Below, one piece after another: positions 1 to 9,466 of a DNA stretch of 29,841 nucleotides. The DNA comes from Candidatus Caldarchaeum sp. (GTDB lineage Archaea; Thermoproteota; Nitrososphaeria_A; Caldarchaeales; Caldarchaeaceae), in NCBI GenBank assembly GCA_038844785.1, contig JAWBRA010000020.1:1-29841 (forward strand). The letters run 5' to 3'. A model generated the notes under the pieces. The model was not told the origin of the DNA and ran no database searches. It worked only from the letters and a program-made list of their open reading frames with translations. The translations under genes and the position numbers were made by a program. Position 1 is the stretch's first letter. Each line of letters opens with the position of its first letter.

Positions 1-1354
1 CGAGCCGCTCCCCGCCGCGTCATATGGCTGAGGCCCGGGAGCAGGCCCCTCCTCAACCCCGGAGGCGGGGCCTTCAACCATGTCCCCCGTGGACATGGCT
101 GTCCCGGGAGGCCTAGGCCGCCGGAGAGCATTCCCCGACAGGAGGAAGAACCTCCCGCCAGAGAACCGATCTCCAGCGGAAGGCCCTCCCATCGGGGAAA
201 ATGTTGAAGGGGTGTTTGGGGATGGATGTGGAGGGATGTCGTCTATCGTCGTCTGTCTCCCTACCGACGTCTGTCGGTCCGAGCGAACCGTCCAGACGTG
301 TTTCGGGAGCCTCAGGCCCCAAGGGCCTACCCGTGCCGCTGCACGCCGCCGATTCGGCCGGCCCAGTGACCGCGCCGAGGCCCGACTCCAGCCAAACCCT
401 CCCCAGCCACCCCACAGCATTTAGAAAGGGGTGGCCGCCTTTTACGGCGGGTGTGGGTGAGGGTTTGTGTTTGGCGGAGGTTTCCTATGCGTTTCGCGGG
501 ACGACCCTATGCTTTCACATCCCCTCCCCGCCTGGAGGGGATGGCCTCAGGGCTTTTAACCCATCACGGGATGATCGTCCCGTTCATCACATTACCATGC
601 TACAAGCATGGATTTAAGCAGATAATGGTGTTGCCTGTACTGTCCCGAATAACGCTTTAAACATCTTGGTTCTGGGCATTATGGGGGATTGAATCTATTG
701 GCGGCAAAACCTGTCACGGCTTCGGGTTTTGCTGAGGCTTCTAACGTGCTGCCGCTGATGCTTAGACGTTTGACGTAAAGCGTCATTATTTTTACACCCC
801 ACCTCTGTGGAGAGGCGAAACTTCAGGGATTTAGGCCCACTTTCAAGGTGTCAAAAATTCTCCGAAACGTACTACCGTAACGCATGGAGAAAACCCTGTG
901 TAGAAAGCCGAAGCTTACGTGAATCAGGCGCTGTTCCAGACCAACGACAGCCGTCGAACACCACCTTCCCCGACTATGCTCAAGCGTCAGGCAAAGCTGT
1001 CATGCTGGAGGAGGTTTGGCCATGCTTCCCGCCTTCCTAGCCCTAAACCATAAGATAAGGAAGGCAGGCTTCATGCTCACAGTAATGGCTGTTAAAATGT
1101 AGGAAACACCATCGGTGTCGATGACGGCTCTTGCTTCGACAGCTATCTAAAAATAGGCATGATATTACAGCATTTGTCTAAAACTATATAAATGTCAAAT
1201 GATTGACACCATCATGTTTGTCAGCTCCTGAGCCGCTTCAAGTACCTACCACACCACCTTTATCCTCCGGCCACTATTATGAATACAACCCTGTCACTAT
1301 AGGCTTGGTACAACCTCTATTTTTGATGTTGCATGCTGAACGTTTAGGTCATGG

Positions 1355-1957
1355 CTATGGGTTGAAATTTTTTATGGACTCAGCTATCTTATGCTTGGTC
1401 AGCCTTGAAATAGCCGCCAGCTCTGCCAAAGCTTGGTCAAAGCCCATTTTTTCGACGAAAAGTTTTCCAACAGCTTTCACGGTCTCCATTCTCTCCCAAG
1501 GAAAGACAATCCAAGCATCGGTCAGCTCAACAGTGTAATCAGGTTTTATACGGCTCCACGGCTTAGTCAGAAGAGTTGCTGTCTTAACCATGTCTGGCTG
1601 CCTTGGTTTAAGCACCATGTTCACCGCCGCATTCAGGGTTGCGCCCGTGTCGGCCACATCGTCGACAAGCAGCACTTTTCTCCCCTTCAGGTCTTTCAGC
1701 TGCAGGTCATGGTATATTTTAAGCTCACCACTCTCAGTCCCTGCATAAGATTTGCAGCCTACAACGTAGACCTCCCTGACGTCTAGAAGGTCTGAGAGAA
1801 GGTCTGCAACTATCATACCTCCTCTGAGAACGCCTACCAAGGTGTCCGCAGCGTACCTGTCAGCCGTTATGAGACGTTCCAACGTATCGACATACCTCTC
1901 AATGTCAGCCCAGCTGAGCAGGAGAAACTTGCGGCCTCCGACGGATCTTATCTCCAT
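1355..1957 (-). CDS. Type I phosphoribosyltransferase (purine PRTase-like)
   Basis: PRPP-binding motif VLLVDDVADTGATL, N-terminal LSWADI and VGVLRGG, C-terminal WIVFPWE typical of archaeal HPT/XGPRT-like proteins. Confidence 0.9.
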   Translation of the reverse strand: MEIRSVGGRKFLLLSWADIERYVDTLERLITADRYAADTLVGVLRGGMIVADLLSDLLDVREVYVVGCKSYAGTESGELKIYHDLQLKDLKGRKVLLVDDVADTGATLNAAVNMVLKPRQPDMVKTATLLTKPWSRIKPDYTVELTDAWIVFPWERMETVKAVGKLFVEKMGFDQALAELAAISRLTKHKIAESIKNFNP

Positions 1958-2416
1958 AGCAAACCTTTTCTGCAGGATGAATTTTAATCTCTTTCAGACT
2001 AGGGCGAGCTCTCCCATCTCATCCTCCAAATGCCATGGTTTGTTTGCGTAAACGTCTTCAAAAAGGCTAGTGTGCTGATTTGCGGTGTTTTTCAGCTTCC
2101 TCGACTTGGCAGAGGGGTTAGCTCGTCCGAGAGTTTTTTTGTCTTTTGATTCATTCCGGACGCCTCTTTCCTCAAGGTTGGTATGACCTTCAGAAGAGGT
2201 ATAGGCAGCTGTTTTGCCGGTTCTCTGCAGTTTAAACCATCATATTGTCGAAAATTCTGGCAAAAACCATATCTTTGTACATTTTCAGAGCGAGTTCGTC
2301 AGAAAACACGAGTCAAAATTGCGCATCCAGCCTTTATATTCTATGCGGCAGTTAACAGAATAGCCTTTCCTACCGACCGCCTTTATGTATTTATTGCGAG
2401 ATGCAGTACTAATGCT

Positions 2417-3670
2417 GTGAGCGCGGGTAGTTTTTTTCTCTCTAACGCGTTGAAATCGTTTGACGAGGCAGCCGACCATCTCAACATTGACTCAGGCATC
2501 AGAGAGTTTCTGAAAAAACCTAAGCGGGTTGTCATAGTGTCTGTTCCGGTTAAAATGGACAACGGCTCTCTAAAAGTTTTCACAGGTATAAGGGTTCAGC
2601 ACTCAAATGCCAGAGGCCCCTACAAAGGCGGTATAAGATACTATCCAACGGTTGACGTTGACGAGGTGACGGCGTTGGCTATGTTGATGACGTGGAAATG
2701 CGCTGTGGTCGACCTGCCCTACGGCGGCGCGAAAGGCGGCGTCGCATGCAACCCCAAAGAACTGTCGAAAAACGAGCTTGAGCGAATCACACGCCGTTAC
2801 ACGTCGATGATATATGAAATTATAGGCCCGTACTTGGACATCCCAGGCCCTGATGTATACACAGATGCTCAAACGATGGCCTGGATTGTTGACACATACA
2901 GCCAGATGAAAGGGGTTTTAACTCCTGAGGTAGCTACCGGAAAACCCTTAAGCCTTTACGGGAGCCTCGGCCGCCTCGACGCAACTTCGAGAGGTGTCGT
3001 AATAACGGCAAGGGAGTTGGCCAAAGCATTCAACAAGCCTTTAAAGGATGCGAAGATAGTGATTCAAGGCTTCGGCAACGTGGGCTACAACGCGGCCAGG
3101 ATACTTTACGACGAATACGGTGCCAAAATAGTTGCGGTCAGCGATTCTAAGGGCGGTATCTATGAGCCAAGAGGTTTGAACCCCCACAAGGTGCTGGAGC
3201 ACAAGAACAAAACAGGCTCCGTCGTAGGATTTGACGGTGCGAAAGAGCTCAGCAACGAGGAGCTGCTGACAACGACCTGCGACATACTGATACCCTCAGC
3301 GCTGGAAAATCAGATAACGAAGCAGGTGGCGGAGAAGCTGGATGCCTTCGCAGTTGTGGAGGGGGCAAACGGTCCTACTACAGCCGAGGGTGACAGGGTT
3401 TTGAAGGAAAGGGGGATTGTGGTAGTCCCTGACATCCTAGCCAACGCGGGAGGCGTGACGGTCAGCTACCTTGAGTGGGTGCAGAACCTGAAGAGGGAGA
3501 GCTGGACTCTGGAGGAAGTTAACGCCAAGCTCGAGGCGAAGATGGTAAAAGGCTTTAAAGACGTGATGGAAAGGTCGAGAAAACACGAAGTCACCATGAG
3601 ACAGGGGGCTATGATACTTGCAGTAGACAGGGTAGTAGAAGCTATAAACTATCTCGGAATCTGGCCATAA
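2417..3670 (+). CDS. gdhA: Glutamate dehydrogenase (Glu/Leu/Phe/Val dehydrogenase family)
   Basis: GPYKGGIRY, catalytic LPYGGAKGG, Rossmann GFGNVG, VEGANGPTT, PDILANAGGVTVSYLEWVQN. Start moved from 2183 to the in-frame GTG at 2417 because the upstream extension does not look like GDH. Confidence 0.95.
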   Translation: MSAGSFFLSNALKSFDEAADHLNIDSGIREFLKKPKRVVIVSVPVKMDNGSLKVFTGIRVQHSNARGPYKGGIRYYPTVDVDEVTALAMLMTWKCAVVDLPYGGAKGGVACNPKELSKNELERITRRYTSMIYEIIGPYLDIPGPDVYTDAQTMAWIVDTYSQMKGVLTPEVATGKPLSLYGSLGRLDATSRGVVITARELAKAFNKPLKDAKIVIQGFGNVGYNAARILYDEYGAKIVAVSDSKGGIYEPRGLNPHKVLEHKNKTGSVVGFDGAKELSNEELLTTTCDILIPSALENQITKQVAEKLDAFAVVEGANGPTTAEGDRVLKERGIVVVPDILANAGGVTVSYLEWVQNLKRESWTLEEVNAKLEAKMVKGFKDVMERSRKHEVTMRQGAMILAVDRVVEAINYLGIWP

Positions 3671-3675
3671 ACAAG

Positions 3676-4380
3676 ATGGAGCCTTGGAGCACGCTGATAA
3701 CATCCGCAACGCTTCTCTACGCCTCTTACCTTGACGTTAAAACTCGTGAAGTTGACGACAAGGTTTGGGTTATTCCGTCGGCGGTCGGCGCAACCCTGAA
3801 CCTTATCAATTTCTTTGGCTCTGGCTTCGAAACGTTCTTCAGCTATGGCTTAGCGGTTGGGATTACTGCCGCCGTGGCATTCGGCCTCTATTTTGCCGGT
3901 CTTTACGGAGGGGCTGACGCCAAAGCCCTCATAACGATATGTCTAGTCCAGCCGTTTGCAACAGCCCAGCCTCAGCTGCACGGCTTCAACGCGTTGACGG
4001 TTTTGACCAACGGCATGCTTTTGTCAGCGTCGCTTCCGATATCCTTGGGGCTCTACAACTTCTACAGGCTGTTGAAAGGCGAAAAGATTTTCGAAGGGTT
4101 TGAGGCGGAAAGTAGACTCAGAAAAATAGCCGCATGCTTCATAGGTGTACGTGTTAGGAAATCCGCTGGAAAAATGTTCTGGAGCCCGGTTGAGAAAACT
4201 GAAAACGGTGTCAGAAAGTTTTACTTCAAAATATCGATAGAAGAGTTTGACGGCGTCCACCAGGATGACATGTGGATAACCCCTGGAATACCTTTGCTTG
4301 TGTTTTTCACTGCAGGCTACTTCTTCAACCTATTCGCTGGCGACCTTATGGGCCGTCTTCTTTTTACGCTAGCTAGGTAA
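3676..4380 (+). CDS. Prepilin/prearchaellin peptidase, A24 family (FlaK/PibD-like)
   Basis: Two catalytic aspartate motifs (YASYLDVKTREV and GGADAK), several TM helices, C-terminal WITPGIPLLVF. Confidence 0.88.
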   Translation: MEPWSTLITSATLLYASYLDVKTREVDDKVWVIPSAVGATLNLINFFGSGFETFFSYGLAVGITAAVAFGLYFAGLYGGADAKALITICLVQPFATAQPQLHGFNALTVLTNGMLLSASLPISLGLYNFYRLLKGEKIFEGFEAESRLRKIAACFIGVRVRKSAGKMFWSPVEKTENGVRKFYFKISIEEFDGVHQDDMWITPGIPLLVFFTAGYFFNLFAGDLMGRLLFTLAR

Positions 4381-4908
4381 AAACCGTTGGAAGAATGCTA
4401 TTAACGCCCATTCGATGAAGGCGGCCAAAGCCAGCAGCCCAACAACCAAGGCTATAACGTAAGGAAGTACTCGTAGCTCTGTGCCAAACCTTTTCTTAAC
4501 TATCGCCGACGCCAGGTAGAAGCTTTCGGAGACAGCGAACCCGTAGGCAAGCATTTCAACGAAGCCGTACAAGGTGAGAAATGGGATGAGGAGCGAGAAG
4601 CCGGCGGGTATGTTGTGGACGGATGAGATGGCAGCTATGACTAGGCCTGTGTTGTAGACTATGAAAGCGGCCAAAGCCATGCCCAATGCAGGCACCATCA
4701 TCAACAACGAAGCGGTTAGGTTGTTGACAAATATTCCTGCAGGGCTCTGCGCCAGGCTAGAAGCCAGTTCGTCGAAGCTTTTAGACAGTTCTTCTGCCTG
4801 CGAGCTCGAGAGAGGTGTTAGAGCGCCTGCGGCCAGCAGACATACTAAGACGAAGGTAGCTACCAGCCCTGCGACAAACCGTGAAACAGCCAATGATGAC
4901 AAATGCAT
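4369..4908 (-). CDS. Stage II sporulation protein M (SpoIIM/DUF95) family membrane protein
   Basis: IFVNN...YNTG...YGFVE...LAAFIE pattern in a 5-TM hydrophobic protein. Confidence 0.8.
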   Translation of the reverse strand: MHLSSLAVSRFVAGLVATFVLVCLLAAGALTPLSSSQAEELSKSFDELASSLAQSPAGIFVNNLTASLLMMVPALGMALAAFIVYNTGLVIAAISSVHNIPAGFSLLIPFLTLYGFVEMLAYGFAVSESFYLASAIVKKRFGTELRVLPYVIALVVGLLALAAFIEWALIAFFQRFLPS

Positions 4909-4964
4909 GACAGCGTAGCCACATGCTCTTCAGAACTATTTGAGCTTGAGGTTGGTAAAGTAAC

Positions 4965-5292
4965 GGTGGCGGCGGCCCCCTGAGGTGGCAAGGGCCCGCA
5001 CCCGCCTCCGGTCCAGCACGGAGTTCTCGGACACGCTTATGGGAAGGCTGCGCCGCTGCGTCTTAGTGCTGCTCCCTCCCGGGCCTGACACGGTTCGACG
5101 CATTAGGAGGCTGGGGCCCTCCTACAAGGGCCTTGCCCTCCTGCGACGCCCCTGCCCGGCGTATCCTCATCGTCCCCGTGCCGTCGGCAGGCAGGCCGGC
5201 CTCATGCGCCCTCACGGGTTGTCAGGCCCCCGCATGTAGCCCGTCTCGGGTTGAAGGGAAGGGCTAGCTCCCCGGCCTTTCCCGCCGCCACC
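4965..5292 (-). ncRNA. ffs: Archaeal signal recognition particle (7S/SRP) RNA
   Basis: The minus strand carries helix 8 GUGUCAGGCCC-GGGA-GGGAGCAGCAC (GNRA loop) and helix 6 GGCCCUU-GUAG-GAGGGCC (GNAR loop). Termini are complementary (GGUGGCGGCGG / CCGCCGCCACC). About 328 nt, GC-rich. Confidence 0.93.
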
Positions 5293-5314
5293 ATAGTATG
5301 TATGTTTCGAAGTG

Positions 5315-5321
5315 TTTTTAA
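5315..5321 (-). promoter_or_regulatory. TATA box of SRP RNA gene
   Basis: TTAAAAA on the minus strand 23-29 nt upstream of the predicted SRP RNA 5' end. Confidence 0.6.
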
Positions 5322-5419
5322 GCGTTATGAATTAATTTTTCTTTTTTCTCGGGTTTTTTCTTAGTGTTCTGTTGCAGTTGGAGCATCTGTCTCTGCTCTC
5401 GTATGTTTTATGGCATGCG

Positions 5420-6275
5420 CTACAGAATGATTGTCCCTACTGTGGCTGAATACCTGAGGGTGTAAACGGAGGCTCTTCATAGTCTTGGTATTCCATCCTC
5501 AACCCACATGGCTATAATCTGTCTTCCGTCGTTAGCTTCGTAACTGAGCAGGTTTTTATACATGCTGGGTATTCTAAGCCTAAACCCAGCCGTAGCGTCG
5601 TATCTTCCTTTAAAATCCTCCCATGTCATAACCTGCATGATGCCATGTCTTGAGCATTTCCTGAAAGATGGTAATTTGCTCCAGTAAGCTGGTTCACAAG
5701 GGCCGCTGATACGTTTGACGTGGTTGAAACCCTAGTGGTCTAGGTCTGTGAAGAGGGTTAGAGGCCCTACCCTGCTCCCGTCATCGCCTATGAAGACTGC
5801 TTTGATTCCCAGCTCTGCCTGAAGTCTCCCCAAGGAATAGTCCCGAGAAGGTTGCGCAGTCAGGTTGAAGTATGTGTCGAGACGCTTGGATAGAACCCTG
5901 CCCCGTGCAGATGTCCAGAACCCTATAGGCCACTCATACCCCGACACCATAAGCTCTATGCTTGTTATGTTGAAGACTCCCGGCTCGAAGTTCTTCAGCC
6001 TCACCGACCCCCATCCAGCTCCTCCCGCATGTCTCCCTGCCAGCCTAGAAGGTCTGAGACAACCCTCCAAAACCCACCAGTCTCCCTGAACAAGCATGTT
6101 GTGAAAACCTCCCCTATCGAGAACCTTCTCTCACCATAGGTAAACCTGTAGCCGCTTGCAGTAATATAATAGGTGTAGTGCCATGCGTAGCCCTGTATCT
6201 CAGCTTAGCCCGTCATGTTTGTGACTGAGGCTCCGGCTATAGGCTGCTGGCTGGAGCAGTCAAGAACCCTTACAT
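5420..6275 (-). pseudogene. Decayed surface/secreted protein gene with a carboxypeptidase-regulatory-like beta-sandwich start
   Basis: Reading across frames gives VRVLDCSSQQPIAGASVT..*..ITASGYRFTYG..CLFRETGGFWRVVSD, then a frameshift into ORF 5732-6097, an in-frame TAG at 5732 and about 85 more open codons. Confidence 0.55.
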
Positions 6276-6419
6276 GAAACTTACCGTATGGGGTTCCTGA
6301 GGGGGGAGGCTCAAGCCCGTAAACCGCAGGCAGAAGAAACAGTACGGCCAGAAACAGCAAGCATCTCATCGAAGCCAGAGTTCTGGAAAGATTGTTGTAA
6401 GCGGATAATCGTCAAACAA

Positions 6420-6735
6420 TTTTTATCCAACAGCTTGTATAGCGATTGTGAGTTGCCGTCAGTTGTTATCGATAAGAATTCGGCTGCGTATAAGCTTTAC
6501 CAACCCTTAAAAAATTTTCTCTCAGAGAAAGCAAACAGAACAATCTTGATAGATTTGGAAACGCACACTAGGAAGGGTGTATTTTTAAACAATGGGAGAA
6601 TCTCGGCGATTGGCTCACTGGAGTATTCTTCCTCCGACTGTCTCTCGTTGGTTCTCGAAATACCGTAAGGGGCTTAAACTATACGGTCTAATGCGATACG
6701 CTTAACATATTCCTGATAGTTGACCATGCCATTCA
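6420..6735 (+). pseudogene. Remnant (copy 1) of a DnaQ/RNase H-like 3'-5' exonuclease gene, internally deleted
   Basis: ExoI-like ILIDLET. 56/75 aa identical to 27739-27515(-). After about 130 bp of deletion, a 32-bp exact match (6660-6691) to 27353-27384 reverse complement. Confidence 0.75.
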
Positions 6736-7010
6736 GAAAAATTCAGTCTTATATCTCCTATAAAACTATGGAACATTGCTTTAACCCTGAAATGGTCGAT
6801 GTTAAGAACACTCCCAAAACATGCCCGATATATGGCGGGTTGAATAAGCCGAAGGGGCATCTCTTCAAGTGTAGGAGGTGCGTCCTCCAAGCTGACAGAC
6901 ATCTCGTAGCCGCTTGGAACATAGCCATGAAACGTTCAATGTGGGGTGTTTTACCGTTGCTCCCGAAAGCTCTCGATGAACCTCTAATCTTAGAGGTGAG
7001 AGGGAGGGAT
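6728..7010 (+). mobile_element. tnpB: IS200/IS605-family TnpB 3' remnant
   Basis: PFRKIQSYISYK...KNTPKTCPIYG...FKCRRC..ADRHLVAAWNIA matches the TnpB Zn ribbon and RuvC-III. First CxxC is degenerate (CPIY) and the N-terminus is missing. Confidence 0.85.
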
Positions 7011-7122
7011 GAATATCTATGGTTCTGCAGAGGGTTCACAGAGCTTACAGAAAAATGGATAAACGGCCAGATGCTGAAGAAAGCAATCGATATTAACCGG
7101 ACTCGTCTCCCTCCTTACTGGT

Positions 7123-7641
7123 TTAGGTGTCGATTGTTGTCTTCAATTTAATCTTCTTTTGGATTGTTATGGCTAGGGCTACCGTCAGGAAGGCTATCAG
7201 CAAACCCTCTGCAGTGAATATTGGTGCGTCAAAGTTCGTTAAGACTCCGTAGTTATAGGGTTGCTCAAGGATTTTAAACATAAAGGAAAGTGTTGGGAGG
7301 CTTCCTATGTGGCGCTTCGATTCGAGAACCAGTTTATAGGAGTTCTGTGATAACGGCCAGAGGACTGGTGTGTAGCCTCCCGTGAAGTCTAGGATAACGT
7401 GAGACCCTAAACCAAGCGCTGAGAGGCGAAGAACAGATCTCAGCCTATAGTTCCAGGGGAGAAAAGAAACTAAAACTAGTATAATGGAGGGGATGACCGA
7501 GTGGCTTATGGATCTATGCATGTAGAAGACGTCGAAGTCTGGGAGAATGCCTAGGAGGCCTAGCAGAAGGCTCCGTTTAAGCCCTAGGCGAACCATTGAT
7601 CCAAGGGCGAAAGGTATTGCAAAGTGAAGCACAGGCTCCAT
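7123..7641 (-). CDS. Membrane-bound metal-dependent hydrolase (YdjM/DUF457 family)
   Basis: H...LPDFD...HRSISHS...SHVILD motifs with TM segments. GGAGGT upstream. Confidence 0.85.
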   Translation of the reverse strand: MEPVLHFAIPFALGSMVRLGLKRSLLLGLLGILPDFDVFYMHRSISHSVIPSIILVLVSFLPWNYRLRSVLRLSALGLGSHVILDFTGGYTPVLWPLSQNSYKLVLESKRHIGSLPTLSFMFKILEQPYNYGVLTNFDAPIFTAEGLLIAFLTVALAITIQKKIKLKTTIDT

Positions 7642-7649
7642 ACTCGTTC

Positions 7650-8160
7650 AACCTCCAGATAAACTGCAGTAGCGTCTTATCATGAGCTCAGCACCTCCCC
7701 AGCCAGCCACATCAGGGGGCATGTTCCAACACCTCATTGAACCCATACTTAAGCCGATTGACAGATATTGATGCAGAGCCGGCGGCTACTAACCTGCCCT
7801 CAACATAATCTTCAGCCATAATCCTATCTTTAATGGTGCACTTGCAGCGACCTAATATCTTACATTGCTTTATTAACGTCTCTACAAACCGCGTAAACCA
7901 CCTTTAGGTTGATGGATGCATAACCGGGGACCAGCAGTTTTCTCAAACAACTCTACCGATATATGTGTAGTCAGCGGTCATACCGTAACGATAGGTATAG
8001 ACGGCGCCAAATACATCGCGTTCACGGACAGCTTTCCTAAAGCCGGCATGGTCAGAGTCGCTTCCGACCCAGCGATACTATAGTTGCTCAGCTGGGTAGA
8101 AATCAGCTCCTCTCCCTCTAACGAGGGCTTCTCAAGGAACCAGTACCAATAATTGTGTGC
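7650..8160 (-). pseudogene. Probable decayed gene fragment (beta-rich, surface-protein-like)
   Basis: Protein-like stretches (AHNYWYWFLEKPSLEGEELISTQLSNYSIAGSEATLT...; EDYVEGRLVAAGSASISV) interrupted by stops and frame changes. Confidence 0.3.
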
Positions 8161-8177
8161 TGTTTGAGGGGTGGGAT

Positions 8178-8393
8178 CTACGCCGTCTTCGACCCCAACC
8201 TCTTCTCCAAGCTATCGAGCCTTGCAACCATCTCGCTGCGGAGCGAGGCGAGCCTCTCGTCGAAGGCCTTGAGCCTGTCGTCTATGTAGACCCTCAGGTC
8301 TTTCGTCTCTTCACGTATGAGCGCCCTGATCTCTGGCAGTAGGAACCTAGCAACCCATCCAAGAACCCTCTCAACCACTTTAGACAAACCCAA
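8178..8393 (-). CDS. Small coiled-coil protein (paREP-like)
   Basis: 71 aa with heptad pattern IDDRLKAFDERLASLRSEMVARLDSLEKRL after an amphipathic N-terminus. Confidence 0.6.
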   Translation of the reverse strand: MGLSKVVERVLGWVARFLLPEIRALIREETKDLRVYIDDRLKAFDERLASLRSEMVARLDSLEKRLGSKTA

Positions 8394-8740
8394 ACATCGG
8401 CACCGAGACAGTTATTTATCCCTTAAAGAGGCTCTGTTAACTTAAGGCCTTTGGCCTAGGGCTGTTTAGGGGATTGGCAGATGGGGCTCCGTGGTGGTAC
8501 ATTCCTTAGGATTGGTCTTAACATTTTAGGTATAGTTTAGGGATTGGCTGTTCCAAGCTATGGAGAGGAATGAAGGGAAGGAATACATATACCTGAGCAT
8601 GTCTTGATGTGGCTAAATTTCCACATATTCACCCAACCAGAGAAGCTACACCTGATAACAAGCATAACAAGGGTGACGGGGATGTCTTAACAGAGCCCAC
8701 GCTAGGCTCCATAACAATTATTAGGCAAGCTGAGGGTTTG

Positions 8741-9466
8741 ATGTTGGGAGGAGGTTTGGCTGTTGACCTTAAGCGGGAGCTGTTGAGGCTTTTGGAGGAG
8801 GATGAGGAGTTCCGTTATGCTGTGGCCGGCAGGATAGGGATACTGGAGATATTAAAACGTCTCGACAGGCTGGAGGAAGGACAGAACAGGCTGTGGGAGG
8901 AGGTTAGAAGCCTTAGAGAGGGGCAGGAGAAGCTGTGGGAAGGCCAGAAAAGGCTGTGGGAGAACCAGGAGAAGCTTTGGGAGAGCCAGAACAAGCTCTG
9001 GCAGGAGGTTAAAGAGCTGAAGAAGGCTTTTCATGGGCTGAGCAGAAAGGTTTCAGCGGGTTTTGCGGAGCTGGGATCTGCTTTAGGAGTAACATACGAG
9101 ATGCATGCAGCAGCATACATACAAGTCCTGCTCGAAGAGCTTGGATACCCCAGCGCAAGAGTGTCTAGGGGATGGGCCCTAAAAGACGGGGAAGTTCTGG
9201 AGATAGACATGTTCTGCGAAGAACCCCTAGTAGTAGGAGAGGTAACAACCAGGCTCAAGGACGAGAAGGAGGTAGAAAGTGAGATAACCAAGCTGCTGGA
9301 CAGGGTTGAGGCGGTCTCATCAAAATACGGAAGAAAACCTTTTCTGACAATACTGTCGGTGGGGATAGCCCCAGAAAACCTGGTAGACAGGCTGAGAGAA
9401 GAGACAGAAAAGCACGGCATCAAACTAATGCTGGGAAGAGAAATAGAAGAAGCGTTAAGCGTCTAA
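8741..9466 (+). CDS. Coiled-coil plus PD-(D/E)xK-like nuclease domain protein (DUF3782/paREP-like)
   Basis: LKRELLRLLEEDEEFRYAVAG N-terminus, heptad repeats, then E...EIDMF...VVGEVTT nuclease-like core. Start placed at ATG 8741 (TTG 8756 is an alternative). Confidence 0.8.
   Translation: MLGGGLAVDLKRELLRLLEEDEEFRYAVAGRIGILEILKRLDRLEEGQNRLWEEVRSLREGQEKLWEGQKRLWENQEKLWESQNKLWQEVKELKKAFHGLSRKVSAGFAELGSALGVTYEMHAAAYIQVLLEELGYPSARVSRGWALKDGEVLEIDMFCEEPLVVGEVTTRLKDEKEVESEITKLLDRVEAVSSKYGRKPFLTILSVGIAPENLVDRLREETEKHGIKLMLGREIEEALSV
8870..9016 (+). repeat. Seven imperfect 21-bp tandem repeats encoding heptads (L-W-E-x-Q-x-K/R)
   Basis: Units start at 8870, 8891, 8912, 8933, 8954, 8975 and 8996, e.g. 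ctgtgggaaggccagaaaagg / ctgtgggagaaccaggagaag. Confidence 0.85.

Noticed and set aside
1-420. RNase P RNA or mature rRNA
   Set aside because: I found no GAGGAAAGUCC/AACAGAA-type P4 motifs and no recognisable conserved rRNA segments on either strand
80-617. ORFs 80-424, 113-415 and 201-617
   Set aside because: Pro/Arg/Gly-rich translations typical of GC-rich non-coding DNA, with no motifs
660-1200. Replication origin (ORB-like gttccag / gaaac words)
   Set aside because: Matches are partial and not repeated, and no cdc6/orc1 lies nearby
2183-2416. 78-aa N-terminal extension of GDH
   Set aside because: AT-rich promoter-like DNA. GDH similarity begins only after GTG 2417
4985-5239. 84-aa ORF
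   Set aside because: Antisense to the SRP RNA
5732-5734. Pyrrolysine read-through of an in-frame TAG
   Set aside because: The same gene has other stops and frameshifts, and no pyl genes are in view. Decay is the simpler explanation
8870-9016. CRISPR array
   Set aside because: Contiguous in-frame 21-bp coding repeats with no spacers
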